Positions 18,151 through 28,023 of a stretch of DNA of 64,000 bases are shown here, piece by piece (the first letter of the stretch is position 1; each line of letters starts with the position of its first letter). Both the position numbers and the translations under genes were made by a program. Origin of the DNA: Bacteroidota bacterium (lineage in GTDB: Bacteria; Bacteroidota; Rhodothermia; JANXDC01); the NCBI GenBank assembly GCA_025059945.1, contig JANXDC010000001.1:1677-65676 (forward strand). Reading direction: 5' to 3'. Under the pieces are notes generated by a model. It made no database searches. It was not told the DNA's origin and saw nothing but the letters and a program-made list of their open reading frames with translations.

Positions 18151-19474
18151 GTTCTTCCCTCATCGTTTGTGGGGCCTTTAGAGCTAGATCTTGCACCATC
18201 CAGCGGGCCACTTCTTCCACCTGAGCCACCATGGCGTTCCAGGACGGGGGGTTGGGGTAGACTTGAGCCGGGGTGGCCAGATACAGCAGACCAGGCAGAA
18301 GCACGCCAGAGGGTTTTGTTTCGGCGTAACCCAGTGTGTAGTTGGGTTCCACGAAGGAGGTGCGGAAAAGCCGCATTTCCTCAAGATCCGCTTCCCGCAG
18401 ATCAGGAAAGAGCGCCCTTAGATCCGCCCAGTAGCGTTCGCGCAGTTGCTCGTCTCCCAAGTGGAACCATTCATCGGAGGCAGGAAGGTAGTTCATGAGG
18501 TAGACCAGGTGACGACCGCCTAGCTCTTCGGGTCGGCGCACGTGGGTGGATTGCACGATGCCTTGAAAGCGCACGCCAGAACGCACCACGGGCATCCAGT
18601 AGTGGGGGATCAGGGAGCGCTTAAGGATTAAGACCGCGTTCACCACGCCCATGTGGGGGATTTCGGGCAGCTTGAGCAGGTTGGCCAACCTGGGCGAATT
18701 CTGTATGATCCGTCGGGCCACCGGATATGGCACAGCCAAGAGCGCCGCATCAAAGCGGTGCGTTTCCGTAGGGGTGTCCACGGAGAGGCTCCCATCCGGA
18801 TGCACCCACAGCCGTTGCACGGGCTGGTTGAACCGGATCTTAGCTCCTATTCGGTGAAGGTGCACAAGCAGGTGCCGCGTGATGACCTCGTAGCTCCCTC
18901 GGATGTAGCCTTTGACCTCCCGGCCAGAGGCCTTCTCGCGCCGAAAGCGGTGCACGTACCAGGCAGCCGGCACTTGCGGGGCGTACTCGGCCCCAAACTT
19001 GGCCTCAAGAAGCGGACGATACAGCAAAGCCGTCGCGCGCTTTCCGAAGAGGCGCTCCAACCAGCTCAGCGCCGGCACCGTCTCCAGGGCCTGCGTGCAA
19101 GTCCCAAGGCGCATGTACAGAGCGCCCAGGCCAACGCGGATCCGATCGATAACTCGGAGCGGGCCAAACCGAAGCAGGTCCCGGGGCGTGTTCAGCGGAT
19201 ACATGCGGCGCTCGACCATAAAGCCCATTGAGACCTCCGACCAGTACACCCGATCGGCTAGTCCGAGTTCTTCGAGCAATCCCAAGAGCGCCGCATCGCT
19301 GGGGATCATGCAGTGGTAGAAACGCTCTACGGGCACACCCCGGAAGGTGAAGTGGGCGCCCAGCCCGCCCGCGGCCGGGGCGCGTTCGAAGACCGTAACT
19401 TCATGTCCGTGCTGCAGCAGACGGTATGCGCCCGTAAGCCCGGAGATGCCGGCTCCGATTACAGCTACCCGCAT
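18128..19474 (-). CDS. NAD(P)/FAD-dependent oxidoreductase (amine-oxidase/phytoene-desaturase-like)
   Basis: N-terminal Rossmann signature MRVAVIGAGISGLTGAYRL...VTVFERAPAAGG. Confidence 0.7.
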   Translation of the reverse strand: MRVAVIGAGISGLTGAYRLLQHGHEVTVFERAPAAGGLGAHFTFRGVPVERFYHCMIPSDAALLGLLEELGLADRVYWSEVSMGFMVERRMYPLNTPRDLLRFGPLRVIDRIRVGLGALYMRLGTCTQALETVPALSWLERLFGKRATALLYRPLLEAKFGAEYAPQVPAAWYVHRFRREKASGREVKGYIRGSYEVITRHLLVHLHRIGAKIRFNQPVQRLWVHPDGSLSVDTPTETHRFDAALLAVPYPVARRIIQNSPRLANLLKLPEIPHMGVVNAVLILKRSLIPHYWMPVVRSGVRFQGIVQSTHVRRPEELGGRHLVYLMNYLPASDEWFHLGDEQLRERYWADLRALFPDLREADLEEMRLFRTSFVEPNYTLGYAETKPSGVLLPGLLYLATPAQVYPNPPSWNAMVAQVEEVARWMVQDLALKAPQTMREEHEAVRRA

Positions 19475-20256
19475 AGTGCCATCCTCTCAATTTCAGTCCA
19501 GAACAGGGGAAACCCGCCGATTGTCCGCCCCGCCCAGTTCAGGGGCCAACGGGCGCTCTGCCAAAGCAGGCGGCCGTATTCTCGGATCGCGCGCAGCAGC
19601 CGCATCTTGCTCGAACCCGGCTTGCGGTCGTAACGCAGTTCCAGAGGCACCTCCACTACGCGCGGCTCTAAGGGACGCAGCTTGAGCAATAGCTCCGTGG
19701 CGCAGGCAAACCCCGCCGATTCCATGAGCCGATCGCCCCACAGCCGGTAGGCCCCGTGGATCAGCCGAGCCCGATAGGCGCGAAATCCGCACGTGTAGTC
19801 CCGAACGCCCGGTATAGGGGCGAAGACGGAGAAAAGCCACCGGGCGGCATAGCTTAAGGCCCGTCGACACCAGGGCACGCCGGTGCTGCGGGAGCCGGAG
19901 CGGTACCGGGAGGCGATGACGAGCTCCGCCCCCTCTTGCAGGGCCTTGCGCATGGTCTTGAGCGCAGCCGGATCGTGCGTGTCGTCGGCGTCCATGGTCA
20001 GGATCACGTCCTCCGGCTCGGTGACGCGGGCCAGGTACCCGAAGCCGGTCCGCAACGCTTCCCCTAGCCCTCGGTTCTCCGGATGCTCCAACACCACCAC
20101 GCCTGCAAAGGAGCGGGCCACCTCGCCGGTGCGGTCCGTGGAGCCGTCGTTGACCACGACGATCCGAAGATCGGGATCCGCCTCCAGCAAACGGGGGATG
20201 AGCCGCCTGAGCGCGGCCTCCTCGTTGTAAGCGGGTAGCAGCACGAACGTCGCCAT
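19465..20256 (-). CDS. Family 2 glycosyltransferase (polyprenyl-phosphate sugar synthase-like; DPM1/ArnC-like)
   Basis: LPAYNEE...VVNDGSTD...MDADDTHDP are GT2 DxD motifs. Start set at MATFVLL (ATG 20256). It overlaps the downstream oxidoreductase by 10 bp. Confidence 0.8.
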   Translation of the reverse strand: MATFVLLPAYNEEAALRRLIPRLLEADPDLRIVVVNDGSTDRTGEVARSFAGVVVLEHPENRGLGEALRTGFGYLARVTEPEDVILTMDADDTHDPAALKTMRKALQEGAELVIASRYRSGSRSTGVPWCRRALSYAARWLFSVFAPIPGVRDYTCGFRAYRARLIHGAYRLWGDRLMESAGFACATELLLKLRPLEPRVVEVPLELRYDRKPGSSKMRLLRAIREYGRLLWQSARWPLNWAGRTIGGFPLFWTEIERMALCG

Positions 20257-20462
20257 CGTCAAAACACCTCGGGTTGGATTCGGGGGATTTGGCCGACAAA
20301 CCCGGTGCCAATGCGCCGGTGGCCTCAAAAACGCGGCTGCAAAGGCCGTGACCTGGGCTTGGTTCTCAGATTGAAACTCGCTTCTGAGACGCTTCAGGAG
20401 GCGGTTTGCTAGCCCGGAGGCGACGGTGCTATTTTACAGGGTCACACGACCAGCGTTCTGCC

Positions 20463-21935
20463 ATGTATCCGCATCCGGATTACGAGGCGATCATCGGCCT
20501 AGAGGTGCATGCGCAGCTGCTGACCGAAAGCAAGCTCTTCTGCGCCTGTTCAACCGCATTTGGGGAGGCGCCCAACGCGAACGTCTGCCCGATCTGCTTG
20601 GGGCATCCGGGTGTGCTGCCGGTGCTCAATGAGCGTGCTGTCGAATTCGCCCTGCGTATGGGGCTTGCCACCCATTGTCGGATCGCCGCCCGCTCCTGGT
20701 TTGCCCGAAAAAACTACTTCTACCCCGATCTTCCGAAGGGCTATCAGATCTCCCAGTACGAGACCCCGCTGTGCTCAGACGGCTACGTGGAGATCGAGTG
20801 GGAAAACGGACAGCGCAAGCGGGTCGGCATCCTTCGTATCCATTTGGAGGAGGACGCGGGCAAGAGCCTGCACGATCAGGATCCGTATCATACACTTGTG
20901 GACCTAAACCGTTGCGGGGTGCCGCTTATCGAGATCGTAAGCGCGCCGGATCTGCGCTCCCCTCAGGAGGCCGTCGCCTACCTGGTTGCGCTTCGCCAGC
21001 TGGTGCGCTACCTCGGCATCTGTGACGGCAACATGGAGGAGGGCAGCTTGCGCTGCGACGCCAACGTTTCGGTCCGCCGTCGGGGCTCAGAGCGGCTCGG
21101 CACCAAGACCGAGATCAAAAACATGAACTCGTTTCGCTTCGTCGAGCGGGCCTTAGCCTACGAGATTGAGCGGCAAATTGGGCTCTTGGAGCGCGGCCTG
21201 CCCGTGGTGCAGCAGACGCTTCTGTGGGATCCGGTTCGGATGGAAACCCGCCCCATGCGGACCAAGGAGCAGGCCCACGATTACCGGTATTTTCCCGAGC
21301 CCGATCTGGTGCCGATTTGCGTAACGGAGGCGCTCTTAGAGCGCGTCCGCCAGGCGCTGCCCGAGATGCCAGAGGCCCGCCGGCAGCGCTTCATCGAGCA
21401 GTACGGACTGCCGGAATACGACGCCCGGATCCTAACCGAGACCCGCGAGTTGGCCGATTACTACGAGGCCGTTGTAGCCCACACGCAGCACTACAAGGCC
21501 GCCAGCAACTGGGTTATGACCCAGGTGCTGCGCGTGCTCAATGAGCGCTCCATCTCCGTTCGGGACTTTCCCGTTCCGCCCGCCCACTTGGCCGCCTTGA
21601 TCCGGCTGCGGGATCAGGATCTTATTTCCAGCTCCGCTGCCCAACGCATCTTCGAAGTGATGTGCGACGATCCCCGAGATCCAGAAACCCTAGCCCGCGA
21701 GCTGAATCTGTTGCAGGTCTCCGACGATGCGGCCATTGAACCCCTAGTGGAGGCGGTCTTGGCCGAGCATCCGGCCGAGGTGGAAGCTTACCTGCGGGGT
21801 AAGGTGGGGTTGTTGGGCTTTTTCGTCGGACAGGTCATGCGGGCCAGTCAGGGCAAGGCCAATCCCCAACGCACCCGGGAGCTTGTGCTCCAGAAGCTTC
21901 GGTTGCGCGCGGAGGCCAACGGGGCGAACGCATGA
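20463..21935 (+). CDS. gatB: Asp-tRNA(Asn)/Glu-tRNA(Gln) amidotransferase subunit B
   Basis: MYPHPDYEAIIGLEVHAQL...NVCPICLGHPG...RKNYFYPDLPKGYQISQ matches canonical GatB. Start at ATG 20463. Confidence 0.9.
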   Translation: MYPHPDYEAIIGLEVHAQLLTESKLFCACSTAFGEAPNANVCPICLGHPGVLPVLNERAVEFALRMGLATHCRIAARSWFARKNYFYPDLPKGYQISQYETPLCSDGYVEIEWENGQRKRVGILRIHLEEDAGKSLHDQDPYHTLVDLNRCGVPLIEIVSAPDLRSPQEAVAYLVALRQLVRYLGICDGNMEEGSLRCDANVSVRRRGSERLGTKTEIKNMNSFRFVERALAYEIERQIGLLERGLPVVQQTLLWDPVRMETRPMRTKEQAHDYRYFPEPDLVPICVTEALLERVRQALPEMPEARRQRFIEQYGLPEYDARILTETRELADYYEAVVAHTQHYKAASNWVMTQVLRVLNERSISVRDFPVPPAHLAALIRLRDQDLISSSAAQRIFEVMCDDPRDPETLARELNLLQVSDDAAIEPLVEAVLAEHPAEVEAYLRGKVGLLGFFVGQVMRASQGKANPQRTRELVLQKLRLRAEANGANA

Positions 21936-23296
21936 GGGTCGGTCCTGCGCTGGGCGTGTTGCTGTGTTACACCCCGTTACTGTGGGCGCAGCCCGAAGGC
22001 GGCTCCTTCTGGGTGCCTTTCCGGGGGCAGATCACGATCGATACAACCGTAGATCAGACGCGCAACTACTGGGGCATCCAATTGTGGGTCGTGCGGCCGG
22101 ATTCGGCTCGCTGGGATACCTTGGCCTATGCGGTTACGGACTCAGCGGGTCGTTTCAGCGTGCTCATCCGGGCCCCCCAGAAGGGGCGCTATCCACTCTG
22201 GATTGGCCGATACAACCGGGTGCTCGTACAAGACGGCCTTGTGCTCGCCCCCGGGGACACGATTGAGCTGCGGGCTGTACTGCCCCAATATCAGAGCACG
22301 CGCCGCCTGCGATCGCGCGAAAACACGGCTTGGGTGGCTCTGGAAAACACGCGCCTGCAATACAACCAGCTTGTACTCGAGGCCCTGCGGGATAGCGCCG
22401 AAAAATCGGAGGCCCGCCTGCAGGGGACCGTGGAGTTGTACGCTGGCATCCTCTGGAGCATCCGCCAGCAATATCCGGGCACCATGGCTGCCCTAGCGGC
22501 CACGGCCGAGGCGCTTCGCATCCTGGCGGGATGGAACGACCACAGGTTGCGCCAATGGGCCGAGACGATCCCCCCCGAGGCTCCCGAATACGCATTTGCC
22601 TTGGAGGCCGCCTGGGGGGCGGAACTGCGCTTGCGCGGTCTAGAAGCGGCGCGTCGCTACCTGGAGGAACGTCTGGACCGCGTATCGGCCATCCGGGATC
22701 AGGCCAATTTGCACCTGCTGCTTGTGCGCGCCCTGGCCGATAGCCATCGCGTTGAGGAGGCACGCCGGCTTGTGCGTGCTTTCTACAATCGCTATCCCCA
22801 AGAGGAGGCCGCGCTCGAATGGCTTAAGCAGCTGGAATACGAGCTAGATCACCTGCAGCCAGGCCAGGCCGCCCCGCCCGTAGAAGGGGTTGACCGCGAG
22901 GGCCGCCCTGTGCGTTGGGATGAGCTCAGAGGCCGATATATAGTGCTGGAGTTCTGGCATACCCAAGCGCTGGGGTATCTGAACGACCTGCCCTGGATTG
23001 ATTCCCTGCTCCAACGTTATCCGGAGCGGCTGCGTTGGATCAGCGTGGGCCTGGACGCGGATTCGCTGGACTATGCGGCCGTCTTCGAGGGCCGCGCTCT
23101 GCGCTGGTCTCATCTCTATGAGGGGCAAGACGGCCGGGGTCCGTTAGCGCGGGCCTACAACGTGCGCGCCCCGATCACCCGATTTCTGATCGATCCCCAA
23201 GGACGCCTGCTGGCCCGCTTTGAGGGGGCGGGTCTGGAGGCGCTGCGCCGCCGTCTGGAGGCGCTGCTGGGTGGCGCTGTTCGTGCACCAAAATAG
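21932..23296 (+). CDS. TlpA-like thioredoxin-fold protein with degenerate active site (CxxC replaced by TQAL), paralog of the downstream gene
   Basis: Signal peptide. N-terminal helical domain plus a C-terminal thioredoxin fold. YIVLEFWHTQALGYL sits where TlpA proteins have FWATWCxPC. Shares ERYPQ/YELD blocks with the next gene. Confidence 0.65.
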   Translation: MRVGPALGVLLCYTPLLWAQPEGGSFWVPFRGQITIDTTVDQTRNYWGIQLWVVRPDSARWDTLAYAVTDSAGRFSVLIRAPQKGRYPLWIGRYNRVLVQDGLVLAPGDTIELRAVLPQYQSTRRLRSRENTAWVALENTRLQYNQLVLEALRDSAEKSEARLQGTVELYAGILWSIRQQYPGTMAALAATAEALRILAGWNDHRLRQWAETIPPEAPEYAFALEAAWGAELRLRGLEAARRYLEERLDRVSAIRDQANLHLLLVRALADSHRVEEARRLVRAFYNRYPQEEAALEWLKQLEYELDHLQPGQAAPPVEGVDREGRPVRWDELRGRYIVLEFWHTQALGYLNDLPWIDSLLQRYPERLRWISVGLDADSLDYAAVFEGRALRWSHLYEGQDGRGPLARAYNVRAPITRFLIDPQGRLLARFEGAGLEALRRRLEALLGGAVRAPK

Positions 23297-23306
23297 GAAA
23301 AGCGCA

Positions 23307-24629
23307 GTGCGCAGCTACTGGTTGCTTTTGCCGATCCTGATTGCGGCCTGCGGGCGGCCTCGTATCTCTCCCGTGATCGAAGGCCGTTTTGTGGGCGCCC
23401 TGCCCGGACAAGCCTTCGATGTGACGCTGGTGCGCTTTGACCCGGATCGCCAAGACCTGGATACCCTGGCCCAGACACGCACGGACACCACCCAGCACCA
23501 TTTCCGAATGGCGCTTAGAGGGCTCGCGCCAGACCGCTACGTGTTGCTGTTCTCTTACGGGCCGGCCTTGGTGGCCAACACCTGGGTGATCTTGAAGCGC
23601 GACGAAACGGTGCGGCTCGAAATCCGTGTGCCCGAGTTTACGGTGCGCGCCGTAGGCTCCCCCGAAAATGAGGCCTGGCAACAGCTCATGGGGCTGGTCG
23701 CGCTCGCCCAGCAAAGCCTATCCCAGAAGACCCAGACCGATACGACCGGCGGGATGGAGCTCAAACAAGAAGCCCTCGCGCAGCGCCGGGCTTTCCTCTC
23801 CTTCGCCCAGGAGCACGCGCGCCTGGAAGCCGCTCGGGATGCGCGCTTGTACGCCGTCATGGTGCTATACCCGGCTCTGCCGGATTCCTTCCTGGAGGTG
23901 GCCCGGCGAGAGCTCGACCCGAACCACCCCAGCTACGGGGCCGCGCTCGAAAACGTACGCCTGGTGCTAACGGAGCGAAAACCCCCTCGGGAGGCGCTCG
24001 CCTACTGGAAGTCCCTGCGCGAGCGCGTGGCCAAAGCGCGCTACACCGCCTCCAAGGCCGCCGTGGAATACCATCTGGCCTCTCTTTACGCCGGAGCGGG
24101 GCAGCTGGACTCGGCCAGAGGCGTGCTGCGCGGGCTTGTGGAGCGTTATCCCCAGACGCGTTGGGCTAAAACAGCTCAGGACATCCTCTATGAACTGGAT
24201 TTTCTGACCGAGGGCGCTCAGGCGCCGGATTTTACGGCCACCGATATCGAGGGCCGATCCGTGTCGCTGCGCCAATTTCGCGGTAAGGTGGTGCTCCTGG
24301 ACTTTTGGGCCACCTGGTGTCAGCCCTGTTTGGAGGAGCTTCCTAACGTCAAAGCCCTTTGGCGCCGGTATCGGGACAGGGGGTTTGTGATCATCGGCGT
24401 ATCTCTGGACGAGGACGTGCGGGCTTGGAAGCGCTTCGTACGAGAGCAGCAGCTGGACTGGGTTCATATCGGCGATGGCTCTGGCTGGCGGCATGCGCTT
24501 GTGCAGCAGTACCGCGTACAGGCGATCCCCGCTACGTTCTTGCTTGATCGGCAAGGCAAGATCATCGCGCGCAACCTGCGCGGGCCGGACCTGGAACGCG
24601 CCGTAGCCCAAGCTCTGGAGGGATCCTGA
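23307..24629 (+). CDS. TlpA-family thiol:disulfide oxidoreductase lipoprotein
   Basis: GTG start preceded by AGGAAAAG. Lipobox LLLPILIAAC. C-terminal VVLLDFWATWCQPC (CxxC), ResA/TlpA-like. Confidence 0.75.
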   Translation: MRSYWLLLPILIAACGRPRISPVIEGRFVGALPGQAFDVTLVRFDPDRQDLDTLAQTRTDTTQHHFRMALRGLAPDRYVLLFSYGPALVANTWVILKRDETVRLEIRVPEFTVRAVGSPENEAWQQLMGLVALAQQSLSQKTQTDTTGGMELKQEALAQRRAFLSFAQEHARLEAARDARLYAVMVLYPALPDSFLEVARRELDPNHPSYGAALENVRLVLTERKPPREALAYWKSLRERVAKARYTASKAAVEYHLASLYAGAGQLDSARGVLRGLVERYPQTRWAKTAQDILYELDFLTEGAQAPDFTATDIEGRSVSLRQFRGKVVLLDFWATWCQPCLEELPNVKALWRRYRDRGFVIIGVSLDEDVRAWKRFVREQQLDWVHIGDGSGWRHALVQQYRVQAIPATFLLDRQGKIIARNLRGPDLERAVAQALEGS

Positions 24630-25408
24630 TGCGCACGCCTCTTGTGGCGGCAAACTGGAAGATGCACACCGTGCGCGAGGAGGCCCTCCGACTGGGCGCC
24701 GCCATCGTAGAGGGTCTGCGCGCGATCCCCAGCATAGTGGAGGTGGTGCTCTGTCCTCCGTTTGTGTTTCTGGAAGCGCTTCGCCCCGTCTTGGCGGGCT
24801 CCGCCGTGCAACTGGGGGCGCAGAACGTGCACCCAGAACCCCAAGGCGCCTTTACGGGTGAGGTCTCCGCGCCCATGCTGCGCAGCGTGGGCTGCGCATA
24901 TGTCATCGTGGGCCACTCGGAGCGGCGGCGCTACTTTAGGGAAACCGATTCGGAGATCGGCCGTAAGGTGCGCGCTGCTTTGCAGGCGGATCTGAGGCCC
25001 ATTTTGTGCGTGGGCGAGGAGCTTGCGGAGCGTCGCTCGGGTCGGGCGCAGGCGGTCGTAGAGGGCCAACTAGAAGGCGCGCTCGCGGCTCTATCCGATG
25101 AGGCCCTCGATAGGCTTGTGATCGCTTATGAGCCCGTCTGGGCTATCGGCACCGGGCAAAACGCCACCCCAGAGGAGGCCCAAGAAATGCACGCCCATAT
25201 ACGAGCCTGGGCGCGTGCCCGATGGGGGGATGTGGCGGCAAGCGGCCTGCGCATCCTGTATGGGGGCAGCCTGAGGCCCGAAAACGCTCTTGAACTGTTT
25301 CGGCAGCCGGATATCGACGGGGGGCTTGTGGGGGGGGCGAGCCTAGAAGCCGCCGCCTTTCTGCGCATCGTGCAGGCGGCCGTTACCGCCTCCGTTTCGG
25401 TCCATTAG
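24629..25408 (+). CDS. tpiA: Triosephosphate isomerase
   Basis: VAANWKMH...YVIVGHSERR...AYEPVWAIGTG are canonical TIM motifs. Confidence 0.9.
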   Translation: MRTPLVAANWKMHTVREEALRLGAAIVEGLRAIPSIVEVVLCPPFVFLEALRPVLAGSAVQLGAQNVHPEPQGAFTGEVSAPMLRSVGCAYVIVGHSERRRYFRETDSEIGRKVRAALQADLRPILCVGEELAERRSGRAQAVVEGQLEGALAALSDEALDRLVIAYEPVWAIGTGQNATPEEAQEMHAHIRAWARARWGDVAASGLRILYGGSLRPENALELFRQPDIDGGLVGGASLEAAAFLRIVQAAVTASVSVH

Positions 25409-25415
25409 AGGGGCT

Positions 25416-25634
25416 ATGCTGCCCGCCGAGCTGCTCGAGCTTTTGCGCTGTCCGGCCTGTGCGCGCCACACGGGAGGAAGACTATATTACCACCGCAATG
25501 CGTGGCTGATCTGCTGGGATTGTGCGCGCAAATACCCGGTGCGCGACGGGATCGCCATAATGCTCCTGGAGGAGGGTGAGCGCTGGCGTGCGCTGCTTCC
25601 TGAAGAGCTTCCCGTGCCGCCCCCTGAGTCCTAG
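25416..25634 (+). CDS. Trm112 family protein (UPF0434)
   Basis: 72 aa. LLELLRCPAC...LICWDCARKYPVRDGIAIML is a Trm112-like zinc-ribbon pattern. Confidence 0.7.
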   Translation: MLPAELLELLRCPACARHTGGRLYYHRNAWLICWDCARKYPVRDGIAIMLLEEGERWRALLPEELPVPPPES

Positions 25635-25637
25635 AGC

Positions 25638-27176
25638 CTATCGAAAGTATCGGTCCCGATCTAGGCTGCGGTATTGGATGGCCTCGGCCAGGTGGACGGG
25701 CTGGATTCTTTCGTCTCCGTCCAAATCGGCGATCGTGCGGGCCACCTTGAGGATGCGATCATACGCTCGCGCCGAGAGCCCGAGCCGGGCGATGGCTTGT
25801 TTCATGAGCGCCTCGCCCTCGGCTGTAAGCGGGCAGAAGCGGCGTACCAAACGCGTGTCCATGTGCGCGTTGGCGTACACCCCCGCCGTGTCCCGAAAGC
25901 GCTCCAGTTGCCGGAGCCGCGCCGCCATGACGCGCTCTCGGATGGCCGCCGAGGACTCTCCATCGATCCGCGAGGCCAAATCGCTATAAGGCACCGGGCT
26001 CACCTCGATGTGAATGTCCAGTCGGTCCAGGAGCGGACCCGAAAGTTTGGCCAAGTAGCGTTGAACCTGGCTTGGGGTGCAGGTGCAGTCTTTATATGGA
26101 TTGCCCAGATGCCCGCATGGACAGGGGTTCATCGCCGCCACGAGCATGAAGTTTGCCGGATACGTAACGGCGGTTCGAGCTCGGCTTAAGGTGATCCTGC
26201 GCTCCTCTAAGGGCTGGCGGAGCAGCTCGAGCACGGAGCGGGGGAACTCCGGCAGCTCGTCTAGGAACAACACCCCGTTGTGCGCCAACGATATCTCCCC
26301 TGGCATGGGCGTAGAGCCTCCGCCGACAAGCCCGGCGTCCGAGATCGTATGGTGCGGGGCCCGAAAAGGCCGCACGCCGATCAGCGCTGTTCCGGCGGGC
26401 AGCTTGCCCGCAATCGAATGAATCTTGGTGGTCTCAAGGGCTTCCTCTAGCGTAAGCGGGGGTAAAATCGTGGGCAGACGTTGGGCCAATAGGGTTTTTC
26501 CCGAGCCCGGGGGGCCGACCATGAGCACGTTATGCCCCCCAGCGGCGGCGATCTCCAGCGCTCGCTTGACGGCGTGCTGCCCCCGCACGTCGGCGAAGTC
26601 GGGCCCTTCGTGCTGCGCCTCTTGAAAAAGCCTCTGTACGTCCACGTGCACAGGTTCCAGCAAGCGCTCTCCGCGTAGATGGGCCAGCACCTGCTGAAGG
26701 TGCCGGGCGGCCAGGACCGATACGCCCTCAACCACGGCCGCCTCGGCCGCGTTTTGGGCTGGAACGATGAGCCGTTGCCCAGACCCTTGACGCGCCAGAA
26801 CAGCTACCGGCAGCACCCCCCGAACGGGCCGCAGCTCGCCATCCAGAGAAAGCTCCCCCAGGAGCACGTGATCCGCTAAGACCTCCGGCGGCACAAGCCC
26901 GTCAGCCGCCAGAATGCCCACGGCAACCGGCAGATCAAAAGCCGAGCCCTCCTTGCGCAGATCCGCAGGGGCCAGGTTGATGACCACATGCCGCCTGGGA
27001 AAGCCAAAGCCGCTGTTTTTGATCGCCGCCCGCACCCGTTCTCGGCTTTCCTTTACTGCATTATCCGGAAGCCCCACGACAGTCATGCCGGGTTGCCCGG
27101 CCGCAAGGTGCACCTCTACCTGCACGGGCACGGCTTCAATGCCGTATACGGCCCCGCTGCGCACTCTGGCGTACAT
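25638..27176 (-). CDS. YifB/ComM family Mg-chelatase-like AAA+ ATPase
   Basis: N-terminal Lon-like domain, Walker A GPPGSGKT, MCM-like AAA core, and a C-terminal zinc-finger-like CPCGHLG...C.C. Confidence 0.85.
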   Translation of the reverse strand: MYARVRSGAVYGIEAVPVQVEVHLAAGQPGMTVVGLPDNAVKESRERVRAAIKNSGFGFPRRHVVINLAPADLRKEGSAFDLPVAVGILAADGLVPPEVLADHVLLGELSLDGELRPVRGVLPVAVLARQGSGQRLIVPAQNAAEAAVVEGVSVLAARHLQQVLAHLRGERLLEPVHVDVQRLFQEAQHEGPDFADVRGQHAVKRALEIAAAGGHNVLMVGPPGSGKTLLAQRLPTILPPLTLEEALETTKIHSIAGKLPAGTALIGVRPFRAPHHTISDAGLVGGGSTPMPGEISLAHNGVLFLDELPEFPRSVLELLRQPLEERRITLSRARTAVTYPANFMLVAAMNPCPCGHLGNPYKDCTCTPSQVQRYLAKLSGPLLDRLDIHIEVSPVPYSDLASRIDGESSAAIRERVMAARLRQLERFRDTAGVYANAHMDTRLVRRFCPLTAEGEALMKQAIARLGLSARAYDRILKVARTIADLDGDERIQPVHLAEAIQYRSLDRDRYFR

Positions 27177-27284
27177 GCTCTTGATCCTCCCTTTCAGGGG
27201 AAAAGGACCGGGGCGGGTGCCGCGGCGTTACGACCCTCCCTACCGTGACGTACCCCAGGCTCAGACCTTGATCAGAGGGGATTG

Positions 27285-27932
27285 CTAGCAGCCATATGGA
27301 CTACCCCGAGCTCCCGGAGGATGCAGCATGGCCTTAAGCGTATCCCAGAGGTGTCGGTGCAAGCGCGCTCGAAAAGCCTCGGGATACGGCTCAAGGGAAC
27401 CCGGCTCCCATCCAAACAGAGCCGAGGCCATGGGTCTGTTGACCAGGGGCATGAGCAAGGCGCCCATGACGGTAAGCCAGACGAGGTCCGGGTCTACGGG
27501 ATGAAATCGTCCCCTGTGAACGCCTTCGCTCAGGATCGCATACAGAGGCTCTCGCAGGGGTTCAATAAGCTGAACCAACGCTTCGGTCAATTCGGGGCGT
27601 TGGCGTAAGGCGAGCTCCCGAAACACGAGCCGGACCAGCAGATGATGATCGTAGAAGGCCCGCATGTAAGCCTCCAGCACGACCCGGAGCCGATCCCAGA
27701 GATCCATGGGCTCCGCTCTGCTGGCGGCCCATAAGGTGGCGCGCAACGCCGTGGAGCGCTGAGCCAGCAGAGCGGCTAGTAGGTTCACCTTGGATCCGAA
27801 ATAGTAGTGCACCAAAGCGGGGTTAACGCCAGCCCGCTCGCCGATCGCCCGCACGGAGGTGGCATCAAAGCCGTATTCGCCAAAAAGCTCTTCGGCCGCT
27901 TTAAGCAACCGCTCCCGCGTCGCGCTGCTCAT
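27285..27932 (-). CDS. TetR/AcrR family transcriptional regulator
   Basis: N-terminal HTH: RERLLKAAEELFGEYGFDATSVRAIGERAGVNPALVHYYFGSK. Confidence 0.8.
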   Translation of the reverse strand: MSSATRERLLKAAEELFGEYGFDATSVRAIGERAGVNPALVHYYFGSKVNLLAALLAQRSTALRATLWAASRAEPMDLWDRLRVVLEAYMRAFYDHHLLVRLVFRELALRQRPELTEALVQLIEPLREPLYAILSEGVHRGRFHPVDPDLVWLTVMGALLMPLVNRPMASALFGWEPGSLEPYPEAFRARLHRHLWDTLKAMLHPPGARGSPYGC

Positions 27933-28023
27933 GGCCTTATATTAAGCATCTGTTCGCTTGACAGGCTAAATCAGCTCTTGTTTGGCCATCCCCTCCCGGT
28001 GTAATTTTGTCCACGTACAGCTA

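Noticed and set aside
23220-23306. Track start of the second TlpA gene overlapping the first by 77 bp
   Set aside because: An in-frame GTG at 23307 preceded by AGGAAAAG yields a clean lipoprotein signal (…LLLPILIAAC). The longer N-terminus is Arg/Trp/Cys-rich and overlaps the upstream paralog.
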